The notes under the pieces were generated by a model that saw only the letters and a list, made by a program, of their open reading frames with translations, was not told where the DNA came from and made no database searches. Shown here one piece after another: positions 8,524 to 16,923 of a stretch of 32,000 bases of DNA. A program made the translations under genes and the position numbers. This DNA is from Thermosulfuriphilus ammonigenes (GTDB taxonomy: Bacteria > Desulfobacterota > Thermodesulfobacteria > Thermodesulfobacteriales > ST65), in contig NZ_CP048877.1 of assembly GCF_011207455.1 (NCBI RefSeq), positions 84,576 to 116,575 on the forward strand. The letters run 5' to 3'. The number at the start of each line of letters is the position of its first letter. The stretch's first letter is position 1.

Positions 8524-8549
8524 AGAGTCAAAAATGTGACTCTTTTTTT
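8524..8549 (+). terminator. Terminator-like hairpin plus T-run inside the reverse gyrase leader
   Basis: AGAGTCA (8524-8530), loop aaaatg and TGACTCT (8537-8543) are followed by TTTTTT to 8549. The element ends 45 nt before the rgy ATG. The AU-rich 7-bp stem is weak. Confidence 0.3.
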
Positions 8550-8593
8550 CTGGTACCTTCCTTATGCTATTTAGCCCCCTAGAGGAGGAGACA

Positions 8594-11500
8594 ATGACCC
8601 TTTTTATTTTGGCCCATGGCTGTCCCAATTGTCGGGGGGCTATAGATGATAACCGCCTGACCAGAGGTTTTCCCTGTGAGGCCTGTCTTCCTCGGGCCGA
8701 TAACGGAGTCTGTGAGAGCTTAAAGAAATCAGGAAAGCTTAAGTCCCTTTCGGTTTATTGTCAGGCCAGGGATCTAGCTCAAAATTTTGAGGCCCAATTC
8801 GTTCGAGCCCTGAAAGGCCCTCCTTCTAGAATCCAGCTCTCCTGGGCCTTAAGGCTTTATCTGGGAGAATCCTTTGCCATTGTAGCTCCAACCGGAGTAG
8901 GGAAGACCACCTTTGGTCTTATGGCCTCTCTTCTAGAGCCTGGGAAGGTTCTGATCCTTGTTCCTACCAGACTTCTGGCCGATCAGCTGGGAGGACGTCT
9001 GGAAAAAATGGCCCAGGCGGCGGGACTCAGGCGGCAAATTCTTGTTTATCGGAGCCGCAAGGCAGAAAGACAACGATTGGAGACCGGAAATTTTGACATA
9101 TTAGTGGCCACTACAGCCTTCTTTTACCGGCGTTTTGCTGCCCTTTCAGCCTTTTCCTTCCGGCTGATCTTTATCGATGATGTAGATTCCTTTCTTAAAC
9201 GGTCTTCCCAGGTGGATCTCCTCTTTAAACTTCTTGGCTTTGATGAAGAAGAGATCGCCCTAGCAGTAAAGTTAAGACTAACAGCCGAGGAGGAGCGACG
9301 TTTGGAAGAGGCCCGAAGACGTCTAAGAGACCGAACTCTCATTGTCTCCTCGGCCACCCTCCGTCCCCGGACAAACCGGCTCCTTCTCTTCCGCCGTCTG
9401 CTTGGTTTTGAGATCCAGCGGGCTACAAGCACTCTGAGACGAATAGAAGATACATATCTGGAATTTCCTTCCTATGAGACGGCCCTTAAGAAAGTTCCTA
9501 ATCTGGTGCATCATCTGGGGGGCGGAGGTCTTCTTTTTTTGGCTGGAGATCTGGGGCGGGAGGCGGTAGAAGAGGCTGCTTCTTATCTTCGAAATCAAGG
9601 CCTGTCGGTCCTCTCCTACCTTGAGCTCTCCCCTGAAAGACTCTATGAGGAGATGAGCCGGGGAGACTTTCATCTGGCCCTGGGGCTGGCTCATCCTACC
9701 AACCCCCTTGTCCGGGGGATCGATCTCCCCCAAGTCCTTCGTTATGTTCTTTTTTTAGGGGTTCCTAAATATCTCATCCCTACCAAGTTAACCTTGGCTC
9801 CAAGGATGCTCCTTCTGGTTCTTCAGGCCCTGATGCCTCTTTTGGAGGACAAAGAGCGCTCTCAGGCCTTGGCCGATATTATTTACCTTAGGCGATATCA
9901 AGGGGTAAAAGAAGAGGCCCTGGAGCGTTATCCCCGGCTTAAAGAAAGGTTTACAACCATAAGGAATCGCCTTTCGGATCTCCTCAAAGACGAGAAGTTC
10001 CTGTCCAGGTTACGGCAGAGCCCAGAAGTCTTTGTTGAGGAGCGTGATGGGGAGCTCTTTCTAATAGTGGCCGATACTACCTCCTATCTTCAGGCCTCAG
10101 GTCGGGTCTCTCGCCTCACGGTGGCTGGTCTTACCCAGGGTCTTTCCGTGATTTTGAGTTGGGAACCAAGGGCCCTGACCAGTTTGAAAAGGCGTCTCCG
10201 TCTTTTAGGGCAGGAGGTAACCTTAAAGCCCTTTGAATCCGTGGATCTTGAGAGACTCCTGGAGACCATAGACAAAAGTCGGCAGGCCGTTTCTTCTTCC
10301 GGGGCCCCAGATCTTTTCCGGACCACTCTTGTGGTGGTGGAGAGCCCCCACAAGGCCCGAACCATTGCCTCTTTTTTTGGTCGGCCTACAGCGCGTCGAA
10401 TAAGGGAATCCCTGGCCTACGAGATTCCCCTTGAGGATCGAATCCTGGTAGTTACCGCTAGCCTTGGTCATCTGGTCAATCTTTCACGACTTAAGGGAAT
10501 CTTTGGGGTCATAAAGGAGGGAAATCGCTTCTTACCTATCTACGATACCATCAAAATCTGCCGGACTACGGGAGAAGAACTGATAGATCCTGAGGAAACC
10601 AAGGATTGTCCTCCGGGGGAGCTTTGGGACAAGGCTGATCTTGTGGCTGGCCTTCAACACCTGGCCTTCTGTGCTGATGAGGTCTTGGTGGCTAGTGATC
10701 CCGATGCTGAGGGGGAAAAGATTGCCTATGATCTCCAGGCCTTCCTTCGCCCCTTTCAAAAAAACATTTATCGCTTAGAGTTCCACGAAGTGACGCCCAG
10801 GGCCCTAAGGGAGGCCCTTAAGTCCCCTGGCCAGTTTAAAACCTCCCGGGTCAAGGCCCAACTTACCCGCCGTTTGCTTGACCGCTGGGTGGGATTCGGT
10901 CTTTCCCGTCAGCTCTGGAAAACCTTTGGTCGCCGGGGGCTTTCCGCCGGTCGCGTTCAGAGCCCGGTTCTGGGCTGGATAATAGAAAGGGCTCTTGAGG
11001 CCCGTCAAAAAAAGGCCCGCCTAGAGTATCTCTTAGGGGATAGAAGACAGGTACTGGAGATAGAAGACATTTCTCTGGCCAAACGCCTCTTTGAAGCCCT
11101 TCCTGCCGCTAAGATTCAGGTGCTAGAAAGAGGCCAGGAATTTAAACACCCTCTTCCTCCCTTTACCACAGACCTCATTCTTGAAGAGGCCAACCGTCGT
11201 CTTCGCTTTTCAGCTCGCCAAACCATGGCCTTGCTTCAAGAGCTCTTTGAGACCGGTCTGATTACCTATCACCGCACAGACTCCACCCGGGTCTCTGAGT
11301 ATGGTCGTCTTCAGGTGGCTCGTCCTTACATTGTGGAGACTTTGGGAGAGGAGTTTTTTTATCCTCGGGGTTTTTCCGAGGAGGGAGCCCATGAGGCCAT
11401 TCGTCCCACCCGACCAGAGCCTTCTGAGAGACTGCGGCTTCTTCTGGCCGCAGGCCTCCTTGAACTTAAGGATCCCGAAGCGGCTTTAAGCCTTTATGAC

Positions 11501-12046
11501 CTTATTTTTCGCCGCTTTATGGCCAGCCAGATGAGACCATCGGAGGTGGAGGTGGCCCGGCTTCGTTTTGAGCTTGAGGGGTTCAGTTGGGAAGAGTCAG
11601 TAGTTACCAAAGTTCTTAGACCGGGGTTTGAACAGCTATGGCCAACATTTTTCCCTCTAAAAGGGGAGGATTTCCGTCCCCATCCCCTGAATTTTCGTCT
11701 TGTTCCTCGCAAGTCCCCTTTTAGCCAGGGAAGCCTTATCCGGGAGATGAAGGAGCGGGGCCTTGGTCGCCCTTCGACTTATGCCGAGATAATAAATACT
11801 CTGCTGGCCCGTGGCTACATAGTGGAGCGCCGGGGCTTACTTTTCCCTACGGCCTTGGGGAAAAGAGTTTATCGCTTTCTTAAAGAGCATTATTCCCACT
11901 TAACCGATGAGGAACTGACCCGTCAGGTCGAAGCCGCCATGGATCATATCGAAGCCGGAGAGTTAAGCTGGCAAGAGGTTGTCAGAGAGGCCTATCAACG
12001 GCTTCGTCCTCTTTTAGAGGCGGTAGGTGATCACTCCAAGACTTAA
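8594..12046 (+). CDS. rgy: Reverse gyrase (helicase-like domain fused to type IA topoisomerase)
   Basis: The track ORF starts at 8564. The ATG at 8594 follows GAGGAGGAG by 4 nt. An N-terminal Zn finger (CPNCRG...CEAC) precedes the helicase Walker A (APTGVGKT) and motif II (FIDDVD). The Toprim region includes VVVESPHKA and DPDAEGE. The topo IA active-site region is ITYHRTDS. The length of 1150 aa is typical for the family. Confidence 0.95.
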   Translation: MTLFILAHGCPNCRGAIDDNRLTRGFPCEACLPRADNGVCESLKKSGKLKSLSVYCQARDLAQNFEAQFVRALKGPPSRIQLSWALRLYLGESFAIVAPTGVGKTTFGLMASLLEPGKVLILVPTRLLADQLGGRLEKMAQAAGLRRQILVYRSRKAERQRLETGNFDILVATTAFFYRRFAALSAFSFRLIFIDDVDSFLKRSSQVDLLFKLLGFDEEEIALAVKLRLTAEEERRLEEARRRLRDRTLIVSSATLRPRTNRLLLFRRLLGFEIQRATSTLRRIEDTYLEFPSYETALKKVPNLVHHLGGGGLLFLAGDLGREAVEEAASYLRNQGLSVLSYLELSPERLYEEMSRGDFHLALGLAHPTNPLVRGIDLPQVLRYVLFLGVPKYLIPTKLTLAPRMLLLVLQALMPLLEDKERSQALADIIYLRRYQGVKEEALERYPRLKERFTTIRNRLSDLLKDEKFLSRLRQSPEVFVEERDGELFLIVADTTSYLQASGRVSRLTVAGLTQGLSVILSWEPRALTSLKRRLRLLGQEVTLKPFESVDLERLLETIDKSRQAVSSSGAPDLFRTTLVVVESPHKARTIASFFGRPTARRIRESLAYEIPLEDRILVVTASLGHLVNLSRLKGIFGVIKEGNRFLPIYDTIKICRTTGEELIDPEETKDCPPGELWDKADLVAGLQHLAFCADEVLVASDPDAEGEKIAYDLQAFLRPFQKNIYRLEFHEVTPRALREALKSPGQFKTSRVKAQLTRRLLDRWVGFGLSRQLWKTFGRRGLSAGRVQSPVLGWIIERALEARQKKARLEYLLGDRRQVLEIEDISLAKRLFEALPAAKIQVLERGQEFKHPLPPFTTDLILEEANRRLRFSARQTMALLQELFETGLITYHRTDSTRVSEYGRLQVARPYIVETLGEEFFYPRGFSEEGAHEAIRPTRPEPSERLRLLLAAGLLELKDPEAALSLYDLIFRRFMASQMRPSEVEVARLRFELEGFSWEESVVTKVLRPGFEQLWPTFFPLKGEDFRPHPLNFRLVPRKSPFSQGSLIREMKERGLGRPSTYAEIINTLLARGYIVERRGLLFPTALGKRVYRFLKEHYSHLTDEELTRQVEAAMDHIEAGELSWQEVVREAYQRLRPLLEAVGDHSKT

Positions 12047-12628
12047 AAGATCCTCAATCGCCTCTGTTAAGGGAAGACCTACAACATTACTAACTGAACC
12101 CCTGACCCGACGAATCATATAACTGGCTAGCCCCTGAATGGCATAGGCTCCGGCTTTGTCCCAAGGCTCTGGAGTGCGAAGATAGGCTTCTATTTCCTCA
12201 GGAAGAAGCTTCTTAAAGACCACCGAGGTAATAGAAAGACCCCCTCGACTTTGTCCTTGGGGTCCCAAAATGGCATAAGCCGTAAGGACTTGATGCTCCC
12301 GCCCCGAAAGCATAGAAAGCATCTCTCGGGCTTCTTGAAGACTTTCCGGTTTACCTAGGATCTTTTCCCCGATAACCACGGTGGTATCAGCGGCGAGGAC
12401 GAAGGCCCTGGGCCTTAAGGAGGCTACTTTCTGAGCCTTTTTGAGAGCCAGGCGGCAGACATAATTCTCTGGCGACTCAAGGGGCCTTTGGGCTTCCGAG
12501 ACCTCACTCGGAAAAGTTTCAAAAGAGATTCCCAGGCGAGCCAGCATTTCCTGCCTCCTGGGAGAACTCGAGGCTAACACTAAAGGGGCTAGATTCCGAA
12601 AAGGTCCCGGGCGTTCTGAGTGGTCCAT
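12014..12628 (-). CDS. maf: Maf-like nucleoside triphosphate pyrophosphatase
   Basis: 204-aa ORF with LVLASSSPRRQEML, VLAADTVV-like ADTTVVIG and DKAGAYAIQG. Its 3' end overlaps the rgy 3' end, and its 5' end overlaps tatD. Confidence 0.9.
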   Translation of the reverse strand: MDHSERPGPFRNLAPLVLASSSPRRQEMLARLGISFETFPSEVSEAQRPLESPENYVCRLALKKAQKVASLRPRAFVLAADTTVVIGEKILGKPESLQEAREMLSMLSGREHQVLTAYAILGPQGQSRGGLSITSVVFKKLLPEEIEAYLRTPEPWDKAGAYAIQGLASYMIRRVRGSVSNVVGLPLTEAIEDLLSLGVITYRL

Positions 12629-13350
12629 CGGGCGATCTCCTCCAGAGCAATTTTTTTAACCCTGGCGATTTCCTCGGCTACATGGATGACAAAGGCGGGT
12701 TCATTGCGTCTTCCTCGATGGGGAACCGGGGCCAGAAAGGGACAGTCTGTCTCAATGAGAAGCCGGTCAAGGGGGCAATAGGCAACAATCTCTCGGATGT
12801 TTTCGGCCTTAGGGAAGGTGACAATTCCAGTGATAGAGATGTAGAAACCGAGATCAAGTACGGACCGGGCCATCTTTCTGTCTCCGGCAAAACAGTGAAA
12901 CACTCCCTGCCACCAGCCAACCTCACGAACAATGGCTAAGACGTCTTCATGGGCCTCACGATCATGGATGATTACCGGCAGTTCTTCCTGTTTGGCTATC
13001 TCCAGTTGACGCCCGAATACCTCCTGCTGAATAGCCCTAGGGCTTCTTTCCTTGGCATAATCAAGGCCGATTTCTCCAAGGGCAACGGTTTTATCCTCTT
13101 TAAGTAGTTCAAGTAGTTTCCTAAGATCCTCTTCATCGGCCCGATGGGCCTCATGGGGGTGAAAACCGGCCGTGGCCCAGAGATCAGGATATTTTCGGGC
13201 CAAATCGATAGCCTTTTGGCTGCTTTCAAGGTCTATCCCTACGTTTATAATGGCCCTTAGCCCTGCTTCGCGGGCCCTTTGGATGGTGGGCTCGAGATCC
13301 TTTTTGAACTCCGGAAGATTAAGATGGGCGTGGGTGTCAATTAGTTCCAT
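12589..13350 (-). CDS. tatD: TatD-family metal-dependent hydrolase (DNase)
   Basis: 253-aa ORF with ELIDTHAHLN, EIGLDY, PVIIHDREAH, VFHCFAG and ETDCPFLAP. A GGAGGAGG RBS lies upstream. Confidence 0.9.
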   Translation of the reverse strand: MELIDTHAHLNLPEFKKDLEPTIQRAREAGLRAIINVGIDLESSQKAIDLARKYPDLWATAGFHPHEAHRADEEDLRKLLELLKEDKTVALGEIGLDYAKERSPRAIQQEVFGRQLEIAKQEELPVIIHDREAHEDVLAIVREVGWWQGVFHCFAGDRKMARSVLDLGFYISITGIVTFPKAENIREIVAYCPLDRLLIETDCPFLAPVPHRGRRNEPAFVIHVAEEIARVKKIALEEIARWTTQNARDLFGI

Positions 13351-13540
13351 TAGAACCTCCTCCAGGATTCTTCCAGGCGCCGAAGATTATCAGGAAGATG
13401 CCTCCCTGAAAACACCTTAAGGGAGACAAAAACTCAAGCCCCCGATGGTATTGATCGATAACGTAAAAGGAATCATCGAGCGGACGTAAGAGTTTTTCAC
13501 TCTTCATAAACTTTACCTAACCCCTTTAAGGCCGGACAGA

Positions 13541-14368
13541 ATGGAAGAAGTTAACCGCCGCTTTGGTTTCGATACCTTAAAGGCTATAGAGGATGAACTT
13601 GCCAAGATTCACCCCATTTCTCCTTATGTCTTTGAAGTCCTAGAAGCTGCTCAACGGGATGATATTTCCCTTCTTGATCTAGGAAGGCGCCTCAGTTTTG
13701 ATCCGGTTATATGTGCTCATTTGTTGCGAGCCTGCCGTTCGGCCGCTTATGGGATTCGCTTCCCTGTAGAATCCCCCCTTCATGCTGTGGCCCTCCTGGG
13801 AGCTGAAAGGGTTATTCAGATTGTCCTCTCCCTGACTATTAAGGAGCAGATAGGGGTTTTTCTGGCTTCAAGTTTTGAGCATGAGGTCTGGGAACACTCC
13901 TTGGCCGTGGCTTTCGGTATCCAGGGAATGATCAGGCTTTTAAACTCCCCCCTGAGCTTGGCCGTAGGATTTACAGCTGGTCTTCTTCACGATCTGGGTA
14001 AACTCGTTCTATATCGAGCCAGCGGTGGCGATCCGGATTTGGCCCAGGCCCAACTAAAAGGGGGAGAGGTGGGACTTAAAGCGGAAAGGGAGCGCTGTGG
14101 CAAAGATCATATCCAGATTATGGCCTCCATCCTTGAACAGTGGGCCCTGAGTAATGAGATAAAGCAGGCCATTTTAGAACATCATCTTTCCCCTAGAGAG
14201 ATGAAGACCTCCCTTGGCCGATTTCTCCTTTGGTCCCATTATCTGGCCCGTAAGGCCCGCCACGAAAGAGAAGATGGCGAACCCCCTCCCTTAAAAAACA
14301 AAGACCTTCAACAACTTGTGGGTTGGATAAGGCTCGAACTGGAGGCCTTAAGCTGTTTCTTCAGTTAA
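13541..14368 (+). CDS. HDOD domain protein (stand-alone)
   Basis: 275-aa ORF. It shows an HDOD-like pattern (PISPYVFEVLEA, ICAHLLRACRSAAYG) and a degenerate HD region (AGLLHDLGKLVL). Confidence 0.8.
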   Translation: MEEVNRRFGFDTLKAIEDELAKIHPISPYVFEVLEAAQRDDISLLDLGRRLSFDPVICAHLLRACRSAAYGIRFPVESPLHAVALLGAERVIQIVLSLTIKEQIGVFLASSFEHEVWEHSLAVAFGIQGMIRLLNSPLSLAVGFTAGLLHDLGKLVLYRASGGDPDLAQAQLKGGEVGLKAERERCGKDHIQIMASILEQWALSNEIKQAILEHHLSPREMKTSLGRFLLWSHYLARKARHEREDGEPPPLKNKDLQQLVGWIRLELEALSCFFS

Positions 14369-14942
14369 GAGCCCGTCCTTTTCCTAAGGGAGGCGCACCG
14401 GCTTAAAGAGGCGCTTTGTATTAAAAATTCGCTTGTTTATGAATTGCCGCTAGTCCTTAATTTTCACAAAGTACCTTCCATCCTAAAGATCTATCAGCAA
14501 GGGAAGAAATTTTACTCCTATCTTTGGTTATCAATCTTTGACTGCTTTGTCTCTTTTTTTGAAAATCTCATTCATTGAACATTTATTATTCAACTTTTTT
14601 TGTCTGATTTTTTTCTGAAATCATGAAGCTTTTCTTTCTTTAGAATCATTCCCTTTGTTTTATTCCTAATTTTCACTTGACAAACTTCACAAATTACCCT
14701 AAAGGAAAGGGATCAAATAAATAGCATATTAAGCATATATGATTATATGGGATTATTTCCGATTATATAAAATTATTTCAGATTTAAGAGCAAAATTAAA
14801 ATTTTGTTTCATTTTGTTACATTAAAGTTTTGTTCACTTTTGAAACATGGATTATTTAAGAGTGATAAAAAGTGAAATTTGTTGCAAATCGGATGTCCCG
14901 AAAGAGGGAAAGGGCTAAAAATACCTAAATAAGGAGGTTTTT
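14369..14942 (+). promoter_or_regulatory. Long AT-rich, repeat-laden upstream region of the outer-membrane protein gene
   Basis: This 574-nt region has no ORF of 60 aa or more and is visibly AT-rich relative to its flanks. It contains T-tracts (14553-14560, 14594-14601, 14608-14614), a TTGACA hexamer (14677-14682) and 10-bp phased repeats (14741-14880). A strong RBS, AAGGAGG (14931-14937), lies 5 nt before the ATG. Confidence 0.5.
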
Positions 14943-15794
14943 ATGAAAAGGGGGTTGATTAGTTTTGTTTTGGGGGTGTGTTTCTTTCTTTGGGTATCGG
15001 CCGTGGTCCAGGCAGGACCTCCTCTGACCAACGCTGAGGGTGTCGGTGGTTGTGCCCTTAACCCCTTTGCCTATATAGGCAATCCTATTCCTAAAGATGG
15101 TAAAGGGTTAGGTGGTTCAGCTTATGTAGGAATGCCTCAGATTGGGATCTGGAAGATTGGGCTTTATGGTAACAAGTCTCCAGGAAGCATTGGCCGGATA
15201 GATTGGCTGGCCTTAGGGGCCAACATCAGTCTTTTTAATCGGGTCGAGCTTGGCTATAGCCATGAGTATGTCGATATCGAACATCTCCAAAATGTAGGCA
15301 AGGATAATTTCTCTGTTAAAGCTAATCTTGTCCGCGACGGTGATTTCGGTCTTTCTTATATGCCAGCCATTTCCGTAGGGGCTATCTATAAAACTACTAG
15401 TTATAACGCAGCCAGTGATGATAACGATATTGATTATTATGTTGTGGCTACCAAGATGTTGGGTAATCTCCCTGTTCCCGTGCTTCTGAATGCCGGTCTA
15501 CTCTCCACCAAGGGTATCGTTCGCGGAGTTCTCGGTTTTGGTGATGATCGGGACACGGTCTTTTTTGGCAATATTGAACTGGTGGTTCTTAAAAAGTTCA
15601 TTCTTGGCTGGGAATTTGAAGACAATGTCGATACTGATGATGCTAAGACCCACTCTATGTGGGAGACTCACCTAGCCTATATGTATAATTCTGACCTCAT
15701 GTTGGTGGTCTCTTATGCCTTTACCGGCGACAATGAAAATAACGAAAACTCCTTTGGGGATGGCTTTGTCTTCTCCTTACAGTATAGCTTCTAA
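14943..15794 (+). CDS. Putative outer-membrane beta-barrel protein of unknown function (possibly DUF3034-like)
   Basis: 283-aa ORF with a signal peptide (FFLWVSAVVQA/GPP). Alternating hydrophobic strands are visible (ELGYSHEYV, FSVKANLV, ISVGAIYKT, YYVVATKM, LMLVVSYAF). The C-terminus ends ...FSLQYSF, an aromatic residue typical of BAM substrates. The DUF3034 resemblance is from memory only. Confidence 0.6.
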   Translation: MKRGLISFVLGVCFFLWVSAVVQAGPPLTNAEGVGGCALNPFAYIGNPIPKDGKGLGGSAYVGMPQIGIWKIGLYGNKSPGSIGRIDWLALGANISLFNRVELGYSHEYVDIEHLQNVGKDNFSVKANLVRDGDFGLSYMPAISVGAIYKTTSYNAASDDNDIDYYVVATKMLGNLPVPVLLNAGLLSTKGIVRGVLGFGDDRDTVFFGNIELVVLKKFILGWEFEDNVDTDDAKTHSMWETHLAYMYNSDLMLVVSYAFTGDNENNENSFGDGFVFSLQYSF

Positions 15795-15827
15795 AGCTTT
15801 AGGGGCTCTAGAATAACCTTCCTTATC

Positions 15828-15862
15828 CCGGGGTGAGGTTTTCTCTTCGCCCCGGTTTTTTT
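15828..15862 (+). terminator. Rho-independent terminator of the OMP gene, abutting the usp stop codon
   Basis: CCGGGGTGAGG (15828-15838), loop ttttct and CTTCGCCCCGG (15845-15855) form an 11-bp stem including two G:U pairs. Seven T follow (15856-15862). Confidence 0.8.
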
Positions 15863-16298
15863 ATTTGACTATCAGAACAGGAATCTCCGAGAATTCGATC
15901 ACCCTTTCAGCCACGCTACCCAGGAGAATACTTCTTACTCCCCGACGCCCCAATTTTCCCATAACAATGAGTTCCGCCCCCCAGGTATCAGCCTCAGCCA
16001 GGATTTCCTCATGAGGGGTCCCTTGGGTAATAGCCACTTCTATAGGTATGGCCTCTTTCTGGGCCTCCTGCTTCATATCTGCCAGGAAGCCACAGGCCTC
16101 CTGATAAAGGGCTTCCCGAATGGTTTTTTTATCTTTGCTTGAAAAACGGACCAGTTGTTCAAATACTGAAGTATCAAGAACATGGAGAAGCTTGATCTCT
16201 GAACGATGAATCTTGGCCAACTGGGCGGCTAGTTTGACAGCATCTAGAGAATAGGGAGAATTATCCACCGGAACGAGGATACGTCTAAAGAGGGCCAT
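15861..16298 (-). CDS. Universal stress protein (UspA family)
   Basis: 145-aa ORF with ILVPVDNSPYS and the ATP-binding-type tail GKLGRRGVRSILLGSVAERVIEFSEIPVLIV. Its start overlaps the atpD 3' end by 14 nt. Confidence 0.9.
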   Translation of the reverse strand: MALFRRILVPVDNSPYSLDAVKLAAQLAKIHRSEIKLLHVLDTSVFEQLVRFSSKDKKTIREALYQEACGFLADMKQEAQKEAIPIEVAITQGTPHEEILAEADTWGAELIVMGKLGRRGVRSILLGSVAERVIEFSEIPVLIVK

Positions 16299-16923
16299 AA
16301 GCGGCCTCCTTTCGGCCTTTTAGACGTTTAAGTTGGAAAAGGGCCTCCCTTTCTTTTTCTTCAAGGCTTTCCTGAATATGTCTGACGGTGGCCTGATAAA
16401 GGGGAAGATAAATGTTTTCTAAGGCATTGAGCCGACGAATGGTCTTGCGGATTTCGGCTACAAGCCGAAAAAGTCCTACCTCTAGTTCGGCCAGCTCGGC
16501 TATCGTTTCTAAGGTCTCTCTGATTATGACTCCTGTGATATCCATGGCCATTCCTGTCTCCTGGAGTCCGTAGGCTGGTCTAGCAGGAGAAAACTCTATC
16601 TTTACTAAAGGCAACACGACTCCCATGAAACTCCGTTCTCTAATCTGAACCCTTTCATTAAGGACGTTTGAGAGAGCGGCCCTCTCACAGGCTAACCGAC
16701 CATGGAAGAGGAGGGCCTGATCCAAAAACGCATAGGCCTCAGCCAGGGATCGATTCAAGTGCTGGCGCAGGCGATGGGCCTTGGTGGAAAGAATGCTTAT
16801 CTGTCCCATGAGGGCCTCTTTTTTCTGATCAAGGAGATCAAGGCCCTCTCGGGCAAAGGAAAGCTCTTCCTTAAGGCGAATGAGATTACTCTTGGTGGCC
16901 GGGATATTTAGTCTTTCGGCCAT
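16285..16923 (-). CDS. atpD: V/A-type ATPase subunit D (central stalk)
   Basis: 212-aa coiled-coil ORF. The N-terminus [33 protein letters not shown] is typical of subunit D. It overlaps the atpB 3' end by 16 nt. Confidence 0.9.
   Translation of the reverse strand: MAERLNIPATKSNLIRLKEELSFAREGLDLLDQKKEALMGQISILSTKAHRLRQHLNRSLAEAYAFLDQALLFHGRLACERAALSNVLNERVQIRERSFMGVVLPLVKIEFSPARPAYGLQETGMAMDITGVIIRETLETIAELAELEVGLFRLVAEIRKTIRRLNALENIYLPLYQATVRHIQESLEEKEREALFQLKRLKGRKEAAYGPL

Noticed and set aside
8501-8549. Mutually exclusive antiterminator/terminator pairing in the rgy leader
   Set aside because: The alternative pairing I tried (TGACT 8501-8505 with AGTCA 8526-8530) conflicts with hairpin 1 and leaves only a 3-bp extension across a 6-nt bulge. 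That is not strong enough to claim a switch.
8272-8628. 118-aa minus-strand ORF covering the MBL/rgy spacer
   Set aside because: It overlaps both flanking gene starts and runs through the GC hairpin and the T-run. It has a low-complexity, Ser/Leu/Lys-rich sequence and no RBS. The region is better explained as regulatory or structured RNA.
9124-9733. 102-aa and 136-aa minus-strand ORFs inside reverse gyrase
   Set aside because: Their Arg/Ser-rich low-complexity products are antisense to the helicase domain. They are shadow ORFs.
14741-14880. Possible CRISPR array or minisatellite
   Set aside because: The units are only ~10 nt, degenerate and contiguous, with no unique spacers of 25-40 nt. 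No cas genes are present in the window. I interpret them as phased A/T repeats instead.
14845-14890. Sigma-54 type promoter (TGG...TTGCA) near TGGATTATTT / AAATTTGTTGCAAAT
   Set aside because: The GG and GC elements do not fall at the required spacing (TGGCAC-N5-TTGC). The TTGCA at 14881-14886 has no GG 10-11 nt upstream.
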